A stretch of DNA of 51,529 bases from a virus. The stretch lies in the UHGV virus genome UHGV-1360036; one strand, 5' to 3'. Of this stretch, positions 1 through 9,513 are shown piece by piece. The notes under the pieces are model-generated. The model searched no databases. It was not told the DNA's origin and saw nothing but the letters and a program-made list of their open reading frames with translations. Made by a program: the position numbers and the translations under genes. Each line of letters begins with the position of its first letter. Positions within the stretch are counted from its first letter, which is position 1.

Positions 1-107
1 AAGCACCGTATAAAATCTCTTATACAAAAACACTTCCGCAGTTTACAGATGTGTCTGCATTGTCAGATGATTTTGAAACAGAAGAAACAGGTTTAGCAGT
101 AAACTAA
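1..107 (+). CDS. major tail protein, 3' part (continues in frame from 51001..51529 across the window junction)
   Basis: Frame-3 ORF ...TDVSALSDDFETEETGLAVN* with stop at 105-107. Nt 51529 plus nt 1-2 form codon GAA, joining the two halves in frame. Confidence 0.7.
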   Translation, partial: APYKISYTKTLPQFTDVSALSDDFETEETGLAVN

Positions 108-134
108 AACAAAAAAAGATAGGAGAATGAGAAC

Positions 135-542
135 ATGGCAAGAACAACAAAAACAGAACAGGTAACAAGTTTGGAGCAGTTGAAACAATATGCAAATGGT
201 AACATTGTAAGACTTCCAGATTTTGCAGAGGGTCAACCTTTTATCGCAAAACTTAAAAGACCATCTATTTTGGGAATGGCAAAACAGGGAAAGATTCCAA
301 ACTCATTACTTGTTAAAACAAATGAGTTATTCGTACAGAGTGGAAGTCTTGACACAGAAGAAAATAGTATGATGCAAGAAATCTATGATGTAATTGATTT
401 AATTGCAAGTGAAACTTTTGTAGAGCCGACGTATGACGAAGTAAAAAGTACAGGGATTGAGCTTACAGATGAACAGATGATGTTTATTTTCAACTACTCA
501 CAGCAGGGGGTAAAAGCATTAGAATCCTTTCGTACAGAGTAA
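135..542 (+). CDS. tail assembly chaperone (gpG-like)
   Basis: 135-aa ORF immediately upstream of the tape measure gene, the usual G/GT position. An open -1 frame overlaps its 3' end. Confidence 0.55.
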   Translation: MARTTKTEQVTSLEQLKQYANGNIVRLPDFAEGQPFIAKLKRPSILGMAKQGKIPNSLLVKTNELFVQSGSLDTEENSMMQEIYDVIDLIASETFVEPTYDEVKSTGIELTDEQMMFIFNYSQQGVKALESFRTE

Positions 543-766
543 AAAGATAGAAAGCGTATTAGCAATATCAAGGCAGTATAAATGTTTACCTAGTGAAGTG
601 CTGGGGATAGAGGACAGTTATACTGCCTTTTGTTTTAACGAAGCCTGTTGTGAATTAACATTGAGACTAACAGAGGGAGAAAAGCCTCATTACATAGAAC
701 AGAACAAAAAAGCGGGAACAAAACACTACAACAATTTTAAAGATTTTTATAAACAATATGAATAAA
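473..766 (+). CDS. possible -1 frameshift extension of tail assembly chaperone (GT-like product)
   Basis: Frame -1 is open for 98 codons (473..766) across the chaperone stop, inside an otherwise non-coding 250-nt gap before the tape measure gene. No canonical XXXYYYZ slippery heptamer was identified. Confidence 0.3.
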
Positions 767-790
767 AGTATTGTTTGAAAGGAGAAAAAA

Positions 791-3700
791 ATGGCGGTTA
801 ATATGGGAACTGCTGTGGCATACTTGGAACTTGATTCTAGTAAGTTTCAAAAAGGGTTTAAATCCGCTTATAACGACCTAAAAGTTTTTGGGGATAAATC
901 AGCCACAGCAGAACAAAAGTTTAAAGGACTTTCCAGTGCCTTTGCTACAGTTGGAAGTACAATGTCAAGGAATGTAACATTGCCACTTGCAGGAGTAGGA
1001 GCGGCGGCACTTAAAGCAGGAACAGATTTTGAGAGTGCTATGTCACAAGTTGCCGCAACAATGGGAACAACAACAGATAAGATTCAAAACCTTTCAAAGT
1101 TCGCACAGCATATGGGTGCTACAACAGCGTTTAGCGCAACGCAAGCGGCAGAGGGGTTGAACGTATTAGCGCAGAGTGGATTAACAGCAGAAGAGCAAAT
1201 GCAAGCACTTCCAGAGGTATTAAACCTTGCGGCGGCTGGTAACTTAAGTTTGGCAGATTCTTCTACTTATGTTGTAGGAACATTAAAAGGCTTTGGAAAA
1301 GGAATGGATGAAGCAAAGCGTGTTACCGATTTAGTTGCTAAAGGAGCAACAATGGCGAACACAGATGTTAGAGGATTAGGAACAGCACTTTCTTCTTCAT
1401 CGGCAACAGCTAAGAGTTATGGACAGAACATGGACAGCGTAACATTAAGTTTGTTACGATTAGCAGAACAAAATGTAACAGGCGAAGAAGCGGCAACAGC
1501 ATTGAATAGAGCAATGATGGACTTGTATACTCCAACAAGTACAGCTAAGAAAGCACTTGACGAGTTAAAAGTATCTGTATACGATACACAAGGAAATGCA
1601 AGAGATTTCAATGATGTTGTAGATGAATTGAATGGTAAGTTGAGCGGAATGTCAGAAGAAGAACGAAACGCATATAAAAACACTATATTCACAACATATG
1701 GTTTGCAAGCGTTCAACAAAATGACAGTTTCATCAACAGAAAAAGTTAATGATTTTAAAGAGGGATTGAAAAATGCAAACGATTCTGCATTAAAACAAGC
1801 ACAAACACAGCTTGATAATTTAAAGGGTGATATAACACTTTTTAAATCAGCATTAGAGGGTGCGGGAATTGTTATATCAAATGTATTAATACCAAACATA
1901 AGAAACTTTATTCAGTGGCTTACGAATCTTGTAACAAAGTTCAATGAATTGTCAGAAGAACAACAGAATTTTATTGTAAAAGTGGGTCTTGTAATTGCCG
2001 CAATCGGTCCAGCTTTACTTATTCTATCAAAAGTGGCAAGCACAATAGGCACTATAATTACAGCTGTTAAAACAGCAAGTGGAGTTATTGGAAGTGTAAC
2101 AAAAACAATACAGCTTCTTAGTATGGGGCAATCTGAATTGATAGCAAGCATGGGTGGAATACCAAGCGTTATAACAAAAATCGCAACGACTTTTAGTTCG
2201 GTAATAGCACCAATTTTAGGAGTTGTTGCAGTTATTGGAACATTGGTTGCAATGTTTGTTACATTGTGGAAAACAAATGAAGGGTTTAGAAATAACATAA
2301 CAAGCACGTTTAATGAACTAAAGAAAACATTTTCAGATTTTGCGAATGAGTTTGTAAGTAAAATAAATGAGCTAGGTTTTAACTTTGAAAGTATAACAGA
2401 TGTAATTAAAACAGCATGGGAGACATTGTGTGATATATTTGCGCCAGTATTTGAGGGTGCTTTTTCTACGGTTGTAGATATTATACAGCTTGTTTTAAAT
2501 AACATTCTAAGCATAATGGATATATTCATTGGAATATTTACAGGAGATTTTGAACAAGTTGCAGATGGAATAAAAGGATTGTTTGACAATGTAGTTGAAA
2601 CATTTACAAGTATTGGAAGTACAATTCTAAGCACCATCGGAGATATTGGAGCGGAGATATTAGAGAAGTTCGGACTTGATGAAGCGGCACAGAAGTTTCA
2701 AGAGTTCTTTGACAAAGTGTCAGATATTTTTGGCAGACTTCCAGAGATTATTCTAGGAGCGTTTGATAGTGTTAAAACATTCTTTACAGAAACAATTCCA
2801 GAGGTATTTAACAATGCAGTTGAAACAATACAAGGTTTTGTTGACAATGTGATTAGTTTTTTTACAGAAACAATACCGAATGCATTTAATACTTTTGTGA
2901 ATGAAACAATACCAAACACAATAAATGCGATTGTAACATGGTTCAGTGAATTGCCTTATAAGATTGGTTATGTAATCGGTGAAATGTTAGGACATATATA
3001 TTTGTTTGGTCAATCTTGTATTGAATGGGCAACAACGGAGTTGCCAGTGATAATTGAAAATATTGTAACATGGTTTGCACAGCTACCAAGTAGGATATGG
3101 GAATGGTTGCTGAACACAATAAACAAAGTTATTGAGTGGGGTTCAAATATGTTACAAATCGGAATAGAAGCCGCTTCAAACTTTTTAACGAATGTAGTAC
3201 AGTGGTTTTCTCAACTACCAAGTAGAGTGTGGACATGGTTATCAAATACATTGAGCAAAATTATTTCATGGGGTTCACAGCTTGTACAAAGTGGAACAAG
3301 AACAGCTTCTAATTTTGTTTCAAGATTTATTTCATTTATGCAACAGTTACCTAGTAAGGTTTGGAGTATAGTATCACAGATACCTAGTAAAATACTTGCA
3401 ATAGGCGGTCAGATGTACAGTGCTGGTAGAAATATTCTGTCACAGCTGTGGAATGGATTAAAGAGTATAGGAAACAGCATCCTCGGATGGGTAAGCGATT
3501 TTGCTGGGAAGATTGGAAGTTTTGTTAGTGGGATTGTTAGTGGATTCAAGAATGTTGTGAGTGGTGCAAATGAAGCAAAGTCAGCCGCAAGAAGTGTAAA
3601 TGGTAAACATGCAAATGGTTTGGATTATGTACCTTTTAATGGATATGTAGCAGAGTTACATAAAGGAGAAAGGGTATTGACAAAACAGGAGAATGAAGAG

Positions 3701-3826
3701 TATAATAACAGTAGAGGTAAAAATAGTAGTGGAGACACATTCAACTTCTACAATACAAAACCAAACGCATATGAGTATGCAAGACAAATGAAAAAAGCAA
3801 AAAGGGAGTTACTGTTAGGATTTTAA
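791..3826 (+). CDS. tail tape measure protein
   Basis: 1011 aa. Alpha-helical N-terminal part, central hydrophobic/transmembrane block, and C-terminal tandem repeats (WFxQLPSRVWxWLxNT...WGSxLxQ, three copies). Confidence 0.9.
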   Translation: MAVNMGTAVAYLELDSSKFQKGFKSAYNDLKVFGDKSATAEQKFKGLSSAFATVGSTMSRNVTLPLAGVGAAALKAGTDFESAMSQVAATMGTTTDKIQNLSKFAQHMGATTAFSATQAAEGLNVLAQSGLTAEEQMQALPEVLNLAAAGNLSLADSSTYVVGTLKGFGKGMDEAKRVTDLVAKGATMANTDVRGLGTALSSSSATAKSYGQNMDSVTLSLLRLAEQNVTGEEAATALNRAMMDLYTPTSTAKKALDELKVSVYDTQGNARDFNDVVDELNGKLSGMSEEERNAYKNTIFTTYGLQAFNKMTVSSTEKVNDFKEGLKNANDSALKQAQTQLDNLKGDITLFKSALEGAGIVISNVLIPNIRNFIQWLTNLVTKFNELSEEQQNFIVKVGLVIAAIGPALLILSKVASTIGTIITAVKTASGVIGSVTKTIQLLSMGQSELIASMGGIPSVITKIATTFSSVIAPILGVVAVIGTLVAMFVTLWKTNEGFRNNITSTFNELKKTFSDFANEFVSKINELGFNFESITDVIKTAWETLCDIFAPVFEGAFSTVVDIIQLVLNNILSIMDIFIGIFTGDFEQVADGIKGLFDNVVETFTSIGSTILSTIGDIGAEILEKFGLDEAAQKFQEFFDKVSDIFGRLPEIILGAFDSVKTFFTETIPEVFNNAVETIQGFVDNVISFFTETIPNAFNTFVNETIPNTINAIVTWFSELPYKIGYVIGEMLGHIYLFGQSCIEWATTELPVIIENIVTWFAQLPSRIWEWLLNTINKVIEWGSNMLQIGIEAASNFLTNVVQWFSQLPSRVWTWLSNTLSKIISWGSQLVQSGTRTASNFVSRFISFMQQLPSKVWSIVSQIPSKILAIGGQMYSAGRNILSQLWNGLKSIGNSILGWVSDFAGKIGSFVSGIVSGFKNVVSGANEAKSAARSVNGKHANGLDYVPFNGYVAELHKGERVLTKQENEEYNNSRGKNSSGDTFNFYNTKPNAYEYARQMKKAKRELLLGF

Positions 3827-3842
3827 AAAGGTGGTGAAAACA

Positions 3843-4775
3843 ATGGTCAAAAAAGTTACACTAACAAATAGCGTAACAAAAGACAGTATTGTTATCGATT
3901 CAAAAGATGGTTATTATATCATTGATGAAATTGATTGGGATACACCTAGCGTAGAAATGTCAGCATATAGAGTGCCTTATCAAATAGGGCAATCTTATGC
4001 TGGTTTAACAGTTGGAACAAGAAAACCAACTATAACAGGATATGTTGTTGCTAAGGATGTAGAACAGGCAAATACATGGGAGCAATACTGGGAGAATTGC
4101 GAAACAGCAGTACAAGACAAAAAGGAAGAACTTGATAGAATGATTTCTATATACCAAGAAATTGTGATTGAAGCAAATGGATTTTATTTAGATGCAAGAC
4201 CAACAGCACCACCAAAATATTCTAATACATATAAAGAAAATAATGAGGTTTTATGTAAGTTTATTTTGGAGTTTGAATGTTTCAATCCAATGTTTTATAA
4301 GGAAACAAAAACAATTAATTTTTCTGTTCTTGAAAATAAGTTCAAATTTCCGTTAACGATTCCTAAAACAAAAGGAATAACAATGGGCGTTGAGCATAGG
4401 CAGAAAATTGTATTGTTTGAAAATAATGGTGATGTTCCAGTCGGTTGTATTATACGAATGAAAGCAATTAGTGATTCGTTAATAACACAGCAAGTAAATA
4501 GTATAACAGAAGATGCAAAAATTATATTTTCTGATTTGAGCATGTCTGCCGGTGATGAAATTGTTATAAATACTAACATTGGAGAAGAAAGTGTTAAACT
4601 GCATACACAAAGTGGTGATGAAGTTTCTATTGTTGGAAACATGGAAGTTGGCTACAAACTATTTAAAGTTCTTATAGGAAAAAACTATTATTCATATGAA
4701 ACACAGCCTAGTGATGGTGTCATGGATGTTAGTTTTGAATATAGGGAGCAATATTTTAACATAAGGGGGATGTAG
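3843..4775 (+). CDS. distal tail protein (Dit-like)
   Basis: Immediately after the tape measure gene. RBS AAAAAGG then ATG at 3843. Called by siphovirus tail synteny. Confidence 0.6.
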   Translation: MVKKVTLTNSVTKDSIVIDSKDGYYIIDEIDWDTPSVEMSAYRVPYQIGQSYAGLTVGTRKPTITGYVVAKDVEQANTWEQYWENCETAVQDKKEELDRMISIYQEIVIEANGFYLDARPTAPPKYSNTYKENNEVLCKFILEFECFNPMFYKETKTINFSVLENKFKFPLTIPKTKGITMGVEHRQKIVLFENNGDVPVGCIIRMKAISDSLITQQVNSITEDAKIIFSDLSMSAGDEIVINTNIGEESVKLHTQSGDEVSIVGNMEVGYKLFKVLIGKNYYSYETQPSDGVMDVSFEYREQYFNIRGM

Positions 4776-4779
4776 AATT

Positions 4780-6360
4780 ATGGTAACAATATTAGATGAT
4801 ACGATGTGCATAGTTGACATTCTCCGCAAATATGAATATTCACAGTATGAGTTTAAGGCAAGAGAAATAGGAACATTTACAATTAATGCAATGCTGGATA
4901 AAGAAAATTTATATTTGATGGATAAAACAAAGAATTATTATGTTTTGTTTGACAATGATGTTTTCGGAGTCATTGAGTCAGTAAAGCGTGAAAGTGATAG
5001 CGAAACAAGTAAGGTATTTACGATAAAAGGTAGCCTTGCATTAAAACTGCTGGAATATAGAGTTATCAAAGGGCAAGTGACATTTAAAGGAAAAAGTTAT
5101 AAATACATTGAAGAGTTGATAAAACAAAACCTTATAATGTCAGATGATGAAAATAGAAACATTGCACTTGCCGTTGAGTTTGAAAATGAAGAAAGATTAA
5201 AACAAATATGTAGCACAGTAGATAAACAAGTAACAGGTGGTTCTTTGTGGGATGAAATTAGTGAAGTCGCAGAAGCCGATAAATTAAGAATCGCATTAAG
5301 ACCAAACGTTGTAGTTATTAATACAGAGCATCCGCAGAACATTGATGGATGGACATTGATAATTGGAGCTGGTGAAGATAGGACAAGACATAGAACAAAT
5401 AAGGCGGTTAGTTCTGTTGTGTTTTCTCAATCATTAAGCAATATAGCAAACACAGATTATACAGTTGATAGAAGTAAGTTAAGAAATACAGTATATATTG
5501 CAGGAGAGGGAGAGGGAACAGACAGAAAGTGGTATAATATAGATGTTAATTCAGACGTTACTTTTGGAGAGCGTAAAGGGTGGAATAGGAAAGAACTATG
5601 GGTTGATGCAAGAGACATTCAAAGTGAACAAGATAACAAAAAACTAACAGATGCAGAGTATGAAGAGCTTATGAAACAAAGGGCAGATGAAAAAGCCAAA
5701 GACAATGATTTAAGTGAAGAGTACACAGCAACAGTTACAGATATAACAAAACAGTACACATATAAAAAAGATTATAACATTGGTGATTTTGTTACAGTAG
5801 CGGATGAAGAACTGGGAATGGAAATTGATGCACAGATTACAAACGTAACAGTAACAAGACAGAATGATAGAGATATTGTTGACATAGAATTTACGTATGG
5901 GTCAAGAATTCAAGACGTAACAGACATTATACAAGATGTTATAAACAAAGTTCAAAACAATTCAACAACAGTTAAATATTTAGAGAACAGAAGCGGGAAA
6001 ACAGCAACACAAGTTTTTGAATATATTGTTGAAGAGGGCGAAAATGAAAATGGACATTATAGGAAGTGGAGTTCTGGCTTGTTGGAACAATGGGTTTCGG
6101 ACAAGCTAACAACAGCGGCAATAAATAATAAATATAACAGTTTATATCAAGGTATATTTTCATGGAAATTTCCTATACAGTTCTTAGAACAGCCAGAAAT
6201 TATAATATGTTCAAAAGCGCAATATGGGAATGGTGCTTCGTGGGGAATTGTATATAATTGGTCAGTAAGCTTGGCAAATATAAGAGCCTTTGATACAGTT
6301 TCAAGGGAATCAGCAAATGAAATGAAGTTCACAGCATATGCAAAAGGTAGATGGAAATAA
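4780..6360 (+). CDS. tail-associated protein (Tal / prophage-tail endopeptidase N-terminal domain family)
   Basis: N-terminus MVTILDD...DIL typical of the Tal N-terminal domain. Third gene after the tape measure. Confidence 0.65.
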   Translation: MVTILDDTMCIVDILRKYEYSQYEFKAREIGTFTINAMLDKENLYLMDKTKNYYVLFDNDVFGVIESVKRESDSETSKVFTIKGSLALKLLEYRVIKGQVTFKGKSYKYIEELIKQNLIMSDDENRNIALAVEFENEERLKQICSTVDKQVTGGSLWDEISEVAEADKLRIALRPNVVVINTEHPQNIDGWTLIIGAGEDRTRHRTNKAVSSVVFSQSLSNIANTDYTVDRSKLRNTVYIAGEGEGTDRKWYNIDVNSDVTFGERKGWNRKELWVDARDIQSEQDNKKLTDAEYEELMKQRADEKAKDNDLSEEYTATVTDITKQYTYKKDYNIGDFVTVADEELGMEIDAQITNVTVTRQNDRDIVDIEFTYGSRIQDVTDIIQDVINKVQNNSTTVKYLENRSGKTATQVFEYIVEEGENENGHYRKWSSGLLEQWVSDKLTTAAINNKYNSLYQGIFSWKFPIQFLEQPEIIICSKAQYGNGASWGIVYNWSVSLANIRAFDTVSRESANEMKFTAYAKGRWK

Positions 6361-6381
6361 AAAAGAAAGGAGTGATTTGTT

Positions 6382-7092
6382 GTGGCAGAAAGATATGGGT
6401 TTTTTAATGCGGTTGAAACAAGTAGCGGTGTGTATGACAGAACATATAATGCAGAAGATTTTGCAAGCTATTTTTCAAAGTTTATCAGCAATGGCGTGTT
6501 CGTTAATCCAACAGATGGTTTAAAGGTATCAGCGCAAAGTGGATTAAAAGTAATTGTTAAAGCTGGAAGCGCATATATAGATGGTTACTATTATGAATTG
6601 ACAGAAGATACAGCGTTAACAATTCAAGTTAATAGTTCTTCGTATGTTCAAACCGATTCAGTTGTAATAAGATTGGATAAAACAAATAGAAAAATGTCGT
6701 TGGAAGTAAAACAGAATGATACAAGCGTTTCAAACACAACAACAATTAAGGAATTGCAATTAGCAACAATTAAAAAGGGTGTAGGCGCATCTAGTGTGAG
6801 TGCCGCCGATATAACAGACAAAAGACCATATAATGAGGTATGTGGATTTGTAACAGGTGTTGTTCAGCAAATAAGCACATCCGATTTGTTTTCACAGTTT
6901 GAAGAAATGTTCAATAATTGGTTTGATACAATAAAGGATAGGTTGGGAAGTGACCCGGCTACAAGTCTGCAAAATCAGATTAATGAAATTAATACAAAGA
7001 TAGATGCAATGCCTACAATTCGACAAGGAACAGCCGCACCAAGCGACTCAACAGGAAAAGACGGAGATATCTATATCCGTATTACTGGTTAG
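6382..7092 (+). CDS. baseplate / tail fiber protein
   Basis: Follows Tal. C-terminal GKDGDIYIRITG fiber-shaft-like motif. GTG start with RBS AAAGGAG. Confidence 0.5.
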   Translation: MAERYGFFNAVETSSGVYDRTYNAEDFASYFSKFISNGVFVNPTDGLKVSAQSGLKVIVKAGSAYIDGYYYELTEDTALTIQVNSSSYVQTDSVVIRLDKTNRKMSLEVKQNDTSVSNTTTIKELQLATIKKGVGASSVSAADITDKRPYNEVCGFVTGVVQQISTSDLFSQFEEMFNNWFDTIKDRLGSDPATSLQNQINEINTKIDAMPTIRQGTAAPSDSTGKDGDIYIRITG

Positions 7093-7104
7093 GAGGTGTA
7101 ATAA

Positions 7105-8094
7105 ATGTCAGCACCAAGTGGTACACAGTGGAGCTCTCCATCAACAGGTACACAATATCAAGGTAGAATTGGACTCTATGTAACATCCAAAAATAGTAAA
7201 ACACAAACAACAGTAACAGTGCAAATATGGTATTGGTCACAGTATTCATGTCAAGATAGTTCTAATATGTTCTATTTTGATTGGGGAGCTTCTGCAAGTT
7301 CAAGTATTGGAAGTAAAGATATTAATACAACATCAAATAATGGATGGAACACAGCGAACCAAGTTCTAATTGGAACGTATAGTAAAACATATAATAGAGG
7401 AACATCTAGTTCACAAGGAACATGTTCTGCAAGATTTACAGGTATAGAATATGGTGGAGGAAATTCGTATACAGCAAGCGTAAACTTCACAATTCCAGCA
7501 AGAGATAGGTATTCAATATCATACAATGCGAATGGCGGAACGGGTGCGCCAAGCACACAATACTATTATTATGGATATGATACAACATTGTCAAAAACAA
7601 TTCCAAAAAGAACAGGGCATACGTTCCTAGGTTGGTCATTGTCAAGCACAGCGACTTCGCCATCATATAGTGCTGGTCAAGCATGGGGAGGAACAAATGC
7701 AGATAATTATATATTGTATGCGGTATGGGAGAAAATAAGCTGTGCAATTAAATTTGATGCGGGTTCAAATGGTGGGATTGTTGGTAGTTCGGATTCAGTT
7801 GTTAGAACGGTATATTATGGTGATAAAATTGGAAAGTTGCCAACAGCAGAAAGATTGAACTATGAGTTTTTAGGATGGAACACAAACCAAAATGGAAGTG
7901 GTTCATATATAAGTGAAACATATGTTGTAAAAGCAAACATAACATTGTATGCTATATTTAAACTACAAGCGAATTGTTATACAAAACAAAGTAGCAAATA
8001 TAAAACTGGTATGATGTATAGAAAAGACGGAAAATACAGTACAGGAATTGTGAAAGTAAAAGTAAATGGAAAATATAAAGATGCAACAATTTAA
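7105..8094 (+). CDS. putative receptor-binding protein with two Listeria-Bacteroides (Flg_new-type) repeat domains
   Basis: Two repeats of the form TGHTFLGWSLS...YAVWE and YEFLGWNTNQNGSG...LYAIFK. Thr/Ser/Gly-rich. Confidence 0.55.
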   Translation: MSAPSGTQWSSPSTGTQYQGRIGLYVTSKNSKTQTTVTVQIWYWSQYSCQDSSNMFYFDWGASASSSIGSKDINTTSNNGWNTANQVLIGTYSKTYNRGTSSSQGTCSARFTGIEYGGGNSYTASVNFTIPARDRYSISYNANGGTGAPSTQYYYYGYDTTLSKTIPKRTGHTFLGWSLSSTATSPSYSAGQAWGGTNADNYILYAVWEKISCAIKFDAGSNGGIVGSSDSVVRTVYYGDKIGKLPTAERLNYEFLGWNTNQNGSGSYISETYVVKANITLYAIFKLQANCYTKQSSKYKTGMMYRKDGKYSTGIVKVKVNGKYKDATI

Positions 8095-8109
8095 GGAAGT
8101 GAAACAAGT

Positions 8110-8394
8110 ATGGAAGAGTTTAGTGAAGTTCTGATAGACGTTCAGAAAGAGTATAAACGTTCTAACAAACTAAAAGATATCATTATCATTATTTTAATTG
8201 TTTTAATGTTTCTACAATCAGCATTTAGTTTCGGTTGTTTTGTTTGGTATGAATCGCAATTTGATTATGTGACAACAAATGGAAAAGATGTTGATGTTGA
8301 AACAAGTGGAGATAATGCAAATGCAGAATACAATGATGTAAGCGGAAATCAATATAATGATAATGCGGTTCACAACCAAGGTGGTGAGAATTAA
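8110..8394 (+). CDS. small membrane protein (one transmembrane helix), unknown function
   Basis: IIIIILIVLMFLQSAFSFGCFVW hydrophobic segment. RBS AAGGAAG. Confidence 0.5.
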   Translation: MEEFSEVLIDVQKEYKRSNKLKDIIIIILIVLMFLQSAFSFGCFVWYESQFDYVTTNGKDVDVETSGDNANAEYNDVSGNQYNDNAVHNQGGEN

Positions 8395-8396
8395 GA

Positions 8397-8531
8397 ATGG
8401 CGAAAGCAAGAATACACGTAACTAAAACAGCTAAAACTGTTAAGATTGCAAAAAATAGAAATAAACAAGGCGGAAATCATAATAGGTGTCCGGTATGTGG
8501 TAAGTTCATGGGAAGTGGTAAGCATGGATAA
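8397..8531 (+). CDS. 44-aa basic zinc-finger-like peptide, translationally coupled to downstream regulator
   Basis: MAKARIHVTKTAKTVKIAKNRNKQGGNHNRCPVCGKFMGSGKHG*. RBS GGTGGTGAG 8 nt upstream. Stop overlaps the next start (ATGGATAA). Confidence 0.4.
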   Translation: MAKARIHVTKTAKTVKIAKNRNKQGGNHNRCPVCGKFMGSGKHG

Positions 8532-8757
8532 AAAGAACGCAGAAACTAGGACGAAACTAAAGGACATAAGTTCTGTAAAAGAGTTTGGTGATTTGATGGA
8601 ACAAACAATGTTAAGTGAAGAAGAAAAGAAGATTCTATGGATGCATTATAAGGAGAAGAAAACCTTGCAATGTATAGCGGATGAAATAGGATTATCAGAA
8701 ATAGCAATCAAAAAGAAACATAGAAAGATGCTTATGAAAATAGGTAGAATGATTTGA
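8525..8757 (+). CDS. sigma-70 region-4-like helix-turn-helix transcriptional regulator
   Basis: LSEEEKKILWMHYKEKKTLQCIADEIGLSEIAIKKKHRKMLMKI matches the ECF sigma region 4 pattern. The N-terminal extension in the ORF track lacks an RBS. Confidence 0.6.
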
Positions 8758-8785
8758 GGGAGTGCGAAAGCACTCCTTTTTTATT
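8758..8785 (+). terminator. rho-independent terminator
   Basis: GGGAGTGC-GAAA-GCACTCC followed by TTTTTT. Confidence 0.8.
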
Positions 8786-8877
8786 GCACATATTCTTTAA
8801 GGTTATTCCTAGTATACTTTGTTTATATTTCAAAACATTAAAAGTGTGATATATTAAAAGCATGAAAGGAGTGGTGA

Positions 8878-9312
8878 TTGATGTACAATTATACAGGGTA
8901 TGGGATGAATCCATATCAGCAACAATTAACACAAAATAGAATTGCACAGATGGAACAGCAATATAATTACCAACAGCCATATATGCAGAATCAGAGTCAA
9001 ACACAGATGTTAAAAGGTAGACCAGTTTCAAGTTATGATGAAGCGAAAGCAAGCATGATTGACTTAGATGGTAGTCTGTTTGTTTTCACTGATATTGCAA
9101 ATGGATGTATTTACACAAAGCAAATACTATTAGATGGTTCAGCAGAACTTAAAACATATATATTGAAACCAACAGAAAATAAAACAAATGTTGAGTATGT
9201 TTCTAAGCAACAGTTTGAAAATGTTATAAATGAATTGAAACAAAGAATAAAAGAACTCAAGGAGGGTGTGGCTTATGTTTCAGAAGTTGAGCAAACAAAT
9301 GATGCAGAATAA
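8878..9312 (+). CDS. Gln/Asn/Tyr-rich N-terminal protein, unknown function
   Basis: N-terminus YNYTGYGMNPYQQQLTQNRIAQMEQQYNYQQPYMQNQSQTQ. RBS GAAAGGAGTGGTG. Confidence 0.5.
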   Translation: MMYNYTGYGMNPYQQQLTQNRIAQMEQQYNYQQPYMQNQSQTQMLKGRPVSSYDEAKASMIDLDGSLFVFTDIANGCIYTKQILLDGSAELKTYILKPTENKTNVEYVSKQQFENVINELKQRIKELKEGVAYVSEVEQTNDAE

Positions 9313-9463
9313 TCCGCTTTTTAAAAGGGCAGAAGAAATGGCACAAGGTAAATCAGAACAAGAACTTGAGCAAGTAGCTAGAAACTTATGTAAGCAAAGA
9401 GGAATAGACATAGAACAGGCTTATAAACAGTTTCAAGCATTTATGGGTGGTATGAGTCGCTAA
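9275..9463 (+). CDS. small hypothetical protein (62 aa)
   Basis: RBS GGAGGG 8 nt upstream of ATG 9275. Overlaps the end of the previous ORF in another frame. Confidence 0.45.
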   Translation: MFQKLSKQMMQNNPLFKRAEEMAQGKSEQELEQVARNLCKQRGIDIEQAYKQFQAFMGGMSR

Positions 9464-9513
9464 AGTGTACATATAGCGGTTTATATAAATATTATTAATT
9501 GGAGGTAACAATT

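Noticed and set aside
1912-2637. 241-aa minus-strand ORF (and all other minus-strand ORFs in the track, e.g. 1417..1899, 45172..45837, 32378..32929, 35812..36150)
   Set aside because: Antisense to well-supported + strand genes. Translations are low-complexity Leu/Phe/Ser/Cys-rich, as expected from the complement of AAR/GAA-rich coding DNA. No RBS. The genome is otherwise strictly unidirectional.
8446-8524. N-terminal extension of the sigma-region-4 ORF (MQKIEINKAEIIIGVRYVVSSWEVVS)
   Set aside because: No RBS. Overlaps the better-supported 44-aa coupled ORF in another frame. ATG 8525 gives a compact helix-turn-helix protein.
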